Below are positions 53,751-64,000 of a DNA stretch of 64,000 bases, piece after piece; positions within the stretch are counted from its first letter, which is position 1, and every line of letters begins with the position of its first letter. A program made the position numbers and the translations under genes. Below the pieces are notes generated by a model that worked only from the letters and a program-made list of their open reading frames with translations, had not been told where the DNA came from and ran no database searches. Origin of the DNA: the human T2T-CHM13v2.0 reference genome, Homo sapiens; NCBI RefSeq assembly GCF_009914755.1, contig NC_060932.1; one strand, given 5' to 3'.

Positions 53751-56531
53751 AAAGGGGGGTGGCCAGGTCTATTACGAAGGCCTGTGAGCCCCCACCATGC
53801 AGTGGATCATGGGGGTTTGATACTTGTCGGGCGGCAGGTGTTATGGATGGGAAGGAGACGTGAGAAGTCCACAATTCAAAGGAAGACACACTGAGTGCCA
53901 TCTGTGAAGGGTTAGACATTTCTCTGGGGTGCAAATGGACACAAATGACCAGAAGAGAAATCCCTTGTAGAGGAGACTGCTCGGGAGCTGAGATGCCAGG
54001 AAGGGGAACGTCGCAGGTATTGGAGCGCGCTGGGCAGAGGGCTGGGGTGGCCTACTGAGCCCAGGATGGAAGGTCTTAGGCACACAGTTCTCGGAGCTGG
54101 GACGGAGACGGGAATGGGCCGTGCTGGCCGGTCAGGCTGGGGAGAAGCAGGAGGAGCCTGGGGAGGTGTGTGACTGTCACCAAGTGGGAGAAAAAGTATT
54201 TTTCCTTCATCATATTTATCTTCTTGAGTACTTTCACAAGTGTCTGAGAAAGAAAGACAGCCCATAATGAAATTTACCTTCTTAAGTAGGTTATTGTTAG
54301 GGTCGACCTAATTATTCCGTACCTAACAGAGAGAACGGAGTGTATGCTGGAGTGTTGGCGTGGCTGCATTGAAAATCATTATGTATTCTGAGTGAAACAC
54401 CCAGAATTTAAGTGGATTATTCTTGAGTGCAGTCATTTGCAAACTGAGTTTGGTGACACCTTACAGAACGTCTCTTGGGGTCCCTTGCAAGAAGCATAAT
54501 TCAACCTGTGCCTGCAACACCACCATCCACCCAGCCGAACTCTCTACCTGGGCCTGAGAAGCGGGAGAATCCGCCCCATCAACTCTTCTCACGAGAGTAT
54601 GCACTTGCCTATTAGAAAATGTGTTTGGAATAGTAACCAGCAGGAGTTTCAACATACTCCCAACCCATAAGGCATCATGCAAGAATTATGAAGAAAAACG
54701 CCCCCTCATTAGACAGCTCACTTTGATTTCAGTCTCCATGGAAACTGGATATTCAGATGCTCTGAGATATTTTTGTCTTTGGGGTTTTGCATGTCTTGGA
54801 ATGTGGACATGTGCACAGATACAAAGCCAGATGTGGCGTGTGGCGCAGGCGATGTCGGCTGGCGTGGCCTCCTGCCAGGCAGTGGGATCCGCTGAAAGGC
54901 AGAGTGGAAAGTTAACACTGTTGAATGACAGATCGCAAAGTTGAAATCTGAGGCACGATGAAGCCATGGAAACCACATGCAAAGAGATTTGAGAATGTTT
55001 TCTGGGCTGGGGATGGGGTTCGGGTCTTCGCAAACCCTCTGTGGATGTGTGTGTATGTCTGTGTGACAAGCACGTCCACAGCCGCCCGGCAGGATGTCCC
55101 CGTAAGGTTTCATCCACAGCGTCCCCACTTGGGAGGTGGCCGAGTTCCACTGCCAGCTTTCCCAGCTGCTGAACAGTAGCATCCATGGCAGTCTGAACAC
55201 AGTGAGGTTTTTCTTCCTCTGTAACGTTTTTTTTTTTTATCTTTTCTCTACACTGAAACTACCGTCCCTGCGTGAGTTTGAGGTCAAGGGTGTTCCTGCT
55301 GGCAACTTCACAGAGGGGAGGGCAGGTCTTTCTGGCACAGCAACTGTAGTGGTGACTCGAACCAGAAACCCACCCCTGGAGGAGAGGAGCAGAAAACACT
55401 GCTTCCTCCTGGGTGGGTTGAAATCGACCAATGTGAGTGTTCATTGCAAGGAAAGCCAAGATTCATCTCCATTAAGATCCCTTTACATTTCCGAGCTCCA
55501 TTCCAGGGGCTGGATTTTTCCAAAAACTCAAAGGACATTTTTGACTTCACTTTTTCTCTAAGGGAGTTCAGCTTGAGGGCTGAGATATCTGTTTTGTGGT
55601 TCAAGGTCATGAGCAGCATCCTAGTCACAGAACAGGCAGGTAGAAAAGGAATAAAGTCAGTGGCCCAGAGACCCCCACTGAGCACTCAGACCTTCGATAC
55701 CCCATCAGGATGATGGAAGGTTAGGGCCTTTGGTGGTCCTGTGGCCCACCCTCCCGTCATGCAGACAGGATGACCTGATGGCCAGGACAGGAAGAACAGC
55801 CACCTCTGAGCTTCCCCGCCCATCGGGCCCCCAGTTTCCACACATTCACCCATGGTAAGGCACAGCCACCCGTGAGCACTGTCAGCTACATCTTGGGGGT
55901 CTGGGGAGGGGGGGATACCGGATGCAAGGAAGGTTCCAGACACATCATCAGCTCCTTGGCTGCCGTGAGGGGTGGTTTGAGCAATGCAATGAGCTCATGG
56001 CAACCCTGTGAGCGGCTGGTCTGAGAGCCCGTCCAAAGCCCAGAGGGAGATGCTGGCATCAAGTCAGTGAGTGCTCAAGGTCACAGCGCTCCACGTGGAC
56101 GCCCAGTCAGGTGCAGGTGCAGGTGGGTCCCGCCCATCTCAGGCACTGATTCTCATGCGCTGGGGCAGGGCCCCTCTGGAGCTGCCTGCCTGCAGGTGGG
56201 GTTTCCCGATGGTGGGGCCAAGGCCGCTGCAGACTGAAGTCCACATGAGTCCCCCTGCCCCTCGGGGTCCCAGGCGGACCCTGGTCTGTCAGGACTCAGC
56301 TGTCGGGGAGAGAGCTGAAAGGAAGATGTCAACATTCGGGCCTGAGCCTAGACAGCTTTGCCCGTGTCCTTCACGCCTGAGCAGGGCTGAGAGGAGGAAG
56401 TCAGTCCGCCTGACACACAGAGGCTTGCCAGGACCTTTTGCTTTTCCTTGCAGCCTCGGTGGAGGCGGAGCGCACCTCATCTTTGAGCTTGTCCTGCTGT
56501 CTCAGCCCAGGGCCAGTCCCACTGCCAGGGG

Positions 56532-56605
56532 CACGCCCCCCATTTATATATTAATTAAGCGTCACATCCACGCCCCCCATTTATATATTAATTAAGCGTC
56601 GCATC
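56532..56605. repeat. 37-bp tandem duplication with an AT-rich core
   Basis: cacgccccccatttatatattaattaagcgtc at 56532 and 56569. Confidence 0.9.
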
Positions 56606-57603
56606 CTCCAGAGGCACTTCCTGACCCTCACCCCAGCTGCATCATGCCACTGAGTGAGTGTGCGGAAGGCACCACCTCCTCCCATCAGCAAGGCTGCAGC
56701 GTTCCAGGCAGACCACAGACTCCAGGACGGCAGGCGGTCGGTCTGTCTTGTTCACTGTCTCGGCCTCTGCCCGGCACGAAATCAATCAACATGACTGAGA
56801 GGCTGGATCCGAGGCCCCCAGCATGTGGTCAGACCCATTACACATCATCTTGTCTTAAAAAGACCTGATGCCCCATGATGCACACCAGCCCGATGGCCGC
56901 TCGCTGATTGGATTCTGAGGAATCTGTTGTTGGCCAACTCCTGGGTCCCTCCCAGCAGCTTTCGATGGATCAAAGCTTGACTCCCATGTCGCGTTGAACT
57001 CAGGAGTGAGTTCATGCCGGTTTTTGAGCCACCTCTTTCCTAAGAAAGCTGCGGATTCTGCAGCATTTTGCAAACAGGACGCCCTAGTCTCTCTGCCAAA
57101 CACCGAGTGTGCTGCACGCTGCCTTCCTCATTGGCAGCATTGTGGGTTACGGAATGTTTCTACACACACGCTTCTCCCAGGCTGCCACCCTGTACGTATT
57201 CATCACGCCCTTTAAATATGACCGAAATTCTGTCGTCTTCCTGACTAATGGTGCCGTGTATCTAAACATCAAAGCATTTTCAAGGCAATCACATAATGAT
57301 TCAAAATTGACTTTGGTGTCTCCTTTGCTGCTTGCACACAGCGGATCAAGAATCTGCTGAATCATAATCCAAGGATTGTGATAATGTGGTCCCAGAAAAG
57401 GCCCATTTCATAGTAAAAACTGGTTTGTAAAAATTATTATCAGAAGCATCACCTTTTTGCAGCAAACTAAGCAATTTAATTAATGAAAAAGTGTCACCAG
57501 AGAAACACAAATTGCATCATTAGAAAAATAAAATGAGACCGATTGTTGAAGAGTTGTCTAGGATCCTTATGTGACTGGTAACCAGCAAACGCTGAAGGCC
57601 CCA

Positions 57604-57885
57604 GTCGTTGGACGTCAGCAGGCTGTGCCAGGCTGTGCACTGCTGAAATCGGTTTTGCGAGGGAGCTCTGTGATGCCGTGAGCCCGGGTGCCTGCACTCT
57701 GGTCGTTGGACGTCAGCAGGCTGTGCCAGGCCGTGCTCTGGTGAAATCGGTTTTGCAAGGGAGCTCTATGATGCTGTGAGCCCGGGTGCCTGCACTCTGG
57801 TCGTTGGACGTCAGCAGGCTGTGCACTGGTGAAATCGGTTTTGCCAGGGAGCTCTGTGATGCCGATGAGCCCGGTGCCTGCACTC
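57604..57885. repeat. 98-bp unit x3
   Basis: gtcgttggacgtcagcaggctgtgc...gagcccgggtgcctgcactc at 57604, 57702 and 57800. Confidence 0.93.
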
Positions 57886-58944
57886 CGGCCCCGAGCGGTC
57901 TCTCAGTGAGAACACATCACAGCACATTAATGAGCGCTGGCGCCCAGGCCTGCAATTAGCCTTTCCCGAGTTCAGAGGGCTGCTTGGCTCTGGGCCTGCA
58001 GATCACAGGGCTTCATTTCAATGTGGTCATCTTTGTTCCCTCCGTGCCCCTAGTGATTTGATAAAAGACTCCTATTTTATTGGAGTTGCAAGATTTTTCA
58101 GTGTATCCTATATTCAAGCAGATGAAATATGTTGGAGTAGGCCTTTTGTGTATTCGTTTTCATCCCATTTTATTTGTTTTGCTTATCTACATTTTTACAA
58201 GATCTAACTCCAAGGGGTTGTTCTCAAGTTATAGTCATAATTCATCGACGTGTTCGATGGCTGGCAACCACAGAAATGGTTGCAGAGAGAAAACAAACGT
58301 CTCCACTAGATTTCTTCATTGTTCCTGCTCCTGCTCTAAAATGAAACTCTGAGTTTTCCTGGAGGCTGTGTATGCCGTAAGAAATTTACTGAGAAATGTA
58401 TTCCAGCATATTTATCTATACTCGGTCTCCTAGAAACATAGGTTTGTATCCTTAACTAGTAGCCCAGAAATCTACTTTGAATACTAATAGGACAAGCTGA
58501 TGGCAGCAAGTTGAAACTTTAATTCTGATAAGACAGATGGTTCTTCGCAAACCAGCTTCATTTTGAAATAAACTGATATCTGGTATTTACTAAAAATGGT
58601 ATCTTTCTTACAGGCAATTTTTCCTCACTATGTTAATTGCCATATTTCTCTTCCCTCTAATGCAAAGCATAACTTCCTTCATGAAAGCCAAATATTGTAG
58701 CCCCACACACCTCCCCCGTCCCACGCCTCCCCCAGAAGGTTGCCCTTCCTCCCTCCAGGATGCCTCAGTGATGGCAACAAATAGCTGTTGTCTGCAGAGT
58801 CACGCAACTCACTACTTGTCATTTTCTTTGTTAATTCTATTTTCAAGGGCACGCACATTTCTGCAGCTCATGAAATTCCTTTAAACTATGATGCAGGGAA
58901 ATTATAAAAGCTAAACTCCTGTCAATTGTCTCTGTTCTCTGATC

Positions 58945-58976
<32 letters not shown>

Positions 58977-59162
58977 TTATATGTGTGTATATATAATTAT
59001 ATATATATATATGTATATGTATATAATTTTTTGTATGTGTTTTTAGTAGAGACGGGGTTTCACCATGTTGGCCAGGATGGTCTTGATCTCCTGACCTCGT
59101 GATCCACCCGCCTCGGCCTCCCAAAGTGCTGGGATTACAGGCATGAGCCACCACACCCAGCC
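58945..59162 (-). mobile_element. Alu left monomer only, with an (AT)n tail, bounded by TSDs
   Basis: (AT)n, then tttttagtagagacgggg...gagccaccacacccagcc; TSD tctgttctctgatc (58931) and tctgttgtctgatc (59163). Confidence 0.9.
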
Positions 59163-59886
59163 TCTGTTGTCTGATCTTAATAAGATCTTCTATGTTGCCT
59201 TCCTGCAGCATGTTTGGAAACACAAAATTTTTGAGTTTTTAAAAATCTGGTCATTGAAGTTAGTTTAGTATTCTGAATAACTGAGCACCTTCCCCACAGT
59301 AAGGATAAAACCTTTTACTGTGTTTTATGCCTTCAGGTAGAAGTTATTCTAACATGTATCATACCTGGCCTTTTATTGTGTTGAGTCAGATGAGATGACT
59401 GATACTTCACTGTTTTTGACCTTCACAAATGCCATCTTCCTATGGTTCAACCTGACATATTTAGACAGGCATTGTTACCTGGCATCATGAATAATGGTTC
59501 AGACTTCAGGGAGTTCAAGAAACCCTACAAATTTCTGCAAAGTGGTGTGTAAATGTGTCTATGGTTTTTTATCAAACTCAAAACAATCTCTCAGCCTCCA
59601 GCAGCACAGACCTGCGTGTGGCTTCAGGTTGCAGGACAGGGCTCAGAGCAGCCTTCCCTGGGGAAGACAGGGTTTGCACACAGCCTTCAGGACCCACCTA
59701 GGATGTGTCGGCTTTGAGAGAACACAGGGAGTTTTCTCTGCATCCAGACATGAAAACAGGAGTGGGAGAAGGCAGCCGCACAGGGTGTCCCAGGACAGAG
59801 AGCAGGGTCGGGCGTCCCCATGATATGGGGCTCTGTAGGCTGTGCTAGGGCCTCTGGCCACTCAGCATCTTTCCCACCAATGTGCA

Positions 59887-60394
59887 AGACCAGTGTGTGT
59901 CCCAGACAGGAGTGACAACCAGGTGGTTTACATGCATCTACCCGAGGGGTCACCCTACAGACCAGCATGCGTCCCAGACAGGAGTGACAGCCAGCTGGTT
60001 TACATGCATATACCTGAGGGGTCACCCTACAAGACCAGCGTGCATCCCAGACAGGAGTGACAGCCAGCTGGTTTACATGCGTAGACCCCAGGGGTCACCC
60101 TACAAGACCAGCATGCGTCCCAGACAGGAGTGACAGCCAGCTGGTTTACATGCATATACCTGAGGGGTCACCCTACAAGACCAGCGTGCGTCCCAGACAG
60201 GAGTGATAGCCAGCTGGTTTACATGCATAGACCCCAGGGGTCACCCTACAAGACCAGCATGCGTTGCAGACAGGAGTGACAGCCAGCTGGTTTACATGCA
60301 TAGACCCCAGGGGTCACCCTACAAGACCAGCGTGCGTCCCAGACAGGAGTGACAGCCAGCTGGTTTACATGCATAGGCCCCAGGGGTCACCCTA
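59887..60394. repeat. Minisatellite, 73-bp unit x7
   Basis: agaccagcatgcgtcccagacaggagtgacagccagctggtttacatgcatagaccccaggggtcaccctaca. Confidence 0.96.
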
Positions 60395-60546
60395 TTCTGC
60401 TGAGCATGTTAATATTTTAAGCGCCACGTTCAGAGATTGTCACTTGTCATGATATTCATTATCCATAATTAATACTGCAACTGAGGAATGCTTGAAAGAT
60501 GTTCTATTCCATGCATGCTTGTTTGTCACTGTCAGGAAAACTTTAA

Positions 60547-61066
<520 letters not shown>

Positions 61067-62049
61067 TGACAGAGGGACCATGAGAACACCCATCCCATGT
61101 CAAGAACACGTGCAGCGTGAGCAGGAAGGACGCTGGCATGTGGCCGGACTCTGTTCCGCGGCCCCGGGCTTCTGTCCACACCATGCTTCCTTTGAAACAT
61201 GGAGCTACATAAGCCTAAGAATTGAGCCTGTCATTGTGAAATAATCCTCCACTGAAGACCACTTGCTCCAATACAACAGAGCCATGTTCTCTGTGTACAA
61301 GTGGCTTATGATCAAACTTGTGTCTTATGACTATTTTGTTTTAATTTACTATGAAGAAACTAAACCATGGGCTCTGATGTTGTGAACAGATATCTGTGGA
61401 GTAAATTCAATGTGTCAGATGCTGGCTAGGACTTTAATCAGCTGATTTCGTGTCGTCCTCAACACAACCCCTTGAAGATTAACATGTCGCTTTACTGATG
61501 AAGCCAGCAGAGCAGGGGACGCCTCTCCTTCCCCTCTGTCACGGCTGCCTTCCTGGAGCCACAGTGGATCACAGCAGAGCATGGTGACTCGACGGTCTCT
61601 TCACTGATGCTTTTCATGACAGGTTTTTCATTGATAGAATTGTAAAATTTGATTCTTTTTTGCAGGAAGACAGATAATTTCTTGTGCATTTTTTATATAT
61701 TAGATGGGGGTAACATTTTCTCAACTTTAAAGAGATAACTCATAATTTGTTTTGTGGCACAGTCTCTTTGGAGACTTTGGGTTGGAATCAAGAGTAAAGA
61801 ATGGTTTTTACTAATCAGAGAAGATACTTTATGGGTAAAGACTGCAATATACAAACCTGGAGACCAGCCCTACTCATCTGGGTGGCCAGTGGGTTTTATT
61901 CAGTATAATTTCCACACAAGTCTTTGGGTCGGTAGGGATCAGAAAGGACTCTCTCCAGAGCATAAACACAAGGGTACCATTTGGACAGACCTGAGTTTGG
62001 AAAGCCTGGCCTGGGTTTCTGCCTCCATAAACCAAAATCAGCAGCTCTC

Positions 62050-62466
62050 ACGTGGGCTGGGCACAGTCGCTGATTCAGTGGCCAGGAGGAGAGAGAAGGG
62101 CGGCATTTGGGTTGGGAGAAGGTGCTGCTGTCATGTGGGCTGGGTGCAGTCGCTGATTACGTGGCCAGGAGGAGGGAGAAGGGCGGCATTTGGGTTGGGA
62201 GAAGGTGCTGCTGTCACAGGACTGGGTGCAGTCGCTGATTCGGTGGCCAGGAGGAGGGAGAAGGGTGGCATTTGGGTTGGGAGAAGGTGCTGCTGTCACG
62301 TGGGCTGGGTGCAGTCGCTGATTTCGTGGCCAGGAGGAGGGAGAAGGGCGGCATTTGGGTTGGGAGAAGGTGCTGCTGTCACAGGACTGGGTGCAGTCGC
62401 TGATTCGGTGACCAGGAGGAGGGAGAAGGGCGGTGTTCAGGTTGGGAGAAGGTGCTGCTGTCACGG
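62050..62466. repeat. Minisatellite, alternating 83/82-bp units x5
   Basis: Unit starts at 62054, 62137, 62219, 62302 and 62384. Confidence 0.95.
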
Positions 62467-62839
62467 GACTGTGGCTACCTTGGGTGGATGGGAATTAGTT
62501 CAGTTCCTCCCGCACTCGGTCATCCTGCAGTAGCTCAGCCTCCAGGACTCAGGCTGCCAGCGTGGGTGGCTGGGGAAGGGGAAGGGACCAGGAATGTACC
62601 ATCTCAGGCCCAGGGAGCCACGTCCCCCCGCAGAGGCCAGGGATGCCTCCTGAACAAGCCTCATCTCCGTGAGATACAGCAGCCCTCAGGCCCCCACACG
62701 GCGGTGGCTTCTGATTTCTAGGATCTATTTTATCTGAAACGATTAGTTCAAGACGGAAATGTTACTTCCCAGCAAATGGCTCAAACACATGTTGCCCTCA
62801 TCCCATTCCATGAGAAGTTGGAAGTAAAATTAAAGTTCA

Positions 62840-63226
<387 letters not shown>

Positions 63227-64000
63227 TTACGTGTGTCATAAAATACATATGATGAACTGACAGAGAAAGCCACTCAGAGAGAACCCAGCATGGCTATGTA
63301 GTGTGTCCAGGGACCACCCATGCTCCCCAGGAACTCCCTTCGAACCCACCGTCCAAAGCCAGGGTCAGGCAGCCTCGGGTATGGTTGGCTCAGGGTCCTG
63401 TTCCCAGGACGCTCCTGCCCCGGGTGGCCCCGAGCTGGTCCGGCCTCGCGTTGAGGGGTCCAGTGGTTTAAGCCTGAGTTCTGAACATGTGTCAAACAAA
63501 GCAATCCCATCCAGGAGGCGGTCGGGATACCCAAATCTCACTTGCATTTCCCAGCAAGCATTCGTGAAAACAGACTTGCTGACCAGGCACTGGCCACGTT
63601 GAACATGGTGTGAGCGGCCCAGGCCCTCCTCCGTCAGATGGGCCTGGAGCACGGGGTGGGCGAGCAGGTGCAGCCACGAGGGCTTCAGGAGCTGTGGAGG
63701 CGATGGTGTGGTTTGAGCTGATTCACAAGCTCTGCTGGGGTTTTCTTTCCATCTTGTGACCTGGGCCTTCCAGGGAGCTGCACGCGCTCCTGGGACACGT
63801 GGAGCTTTCACAGTTGTCCTGAGGGAAGAGGAAAAATATCAGGCACATAACAACTGAGGAAGGAGCTGAAACCTGGAAGAAAAAGACCAAAGTATCATGG
63901 GAAAAAAAGGGAAATCAACAGAATTCACTGAATGTCGCAACAGCCGCCTTCCTGAAGAGCTTCCTTCCAGCTGAGCTCCCAGGCAAGTCACTGTCCCCAA

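Noticed and set aside
53164-53751. 195-aa ORF
   Set aside because: Non-ATG start, overlaps a MER5-like fragment, and has no domain or splice support.
61754-62533. 259-aa ORF
   Set aside because: Non-ATG start, and its length is due to the 165-bp repeat.

Overview
Primate, most likely human, non-coding genomic DNA with a subtelomeric character. I found no protein-coding exon I can recognise, and no rRNA, tRNA or CRISPR array. Tandem repeats dominate: three long minisatellites (46-bp unit at 4.1-5.8 kb, 52-bp CpG/G-rich unit at 14.9-16.5 kb, 47/53-bp unit at 48.9-51.4 kb), about eight shorter arrays and about a dozen 2-3-copy local duplications. Interspersed repeats include about nine Alu/FLAM copies or fragments, a 3.5-kb 5'-truncated L1PA with a broken ORF2, older L1s (two with 5' inversions), THE1/MLT2/MER21/MER93-like LTRs, a Tigger3b with a nested MLT2A, MER20, MER5, MIR and CR1/L3 fossils. 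The most unusual items are: a VNTR that is stop-free in all three minus-strand frames with two ATGs at its edge; several VNTRs seeded from old TE fragments; apparent AT-to-GC drift in old repeats; and several unusual retrotransposition products. Repeat family names come from my recall of consensus sequences and need RepeatMasker/Dfam confirmation. My guess at the locus (DLGAP2 intron, 8p23.3) is an unverified recollection.
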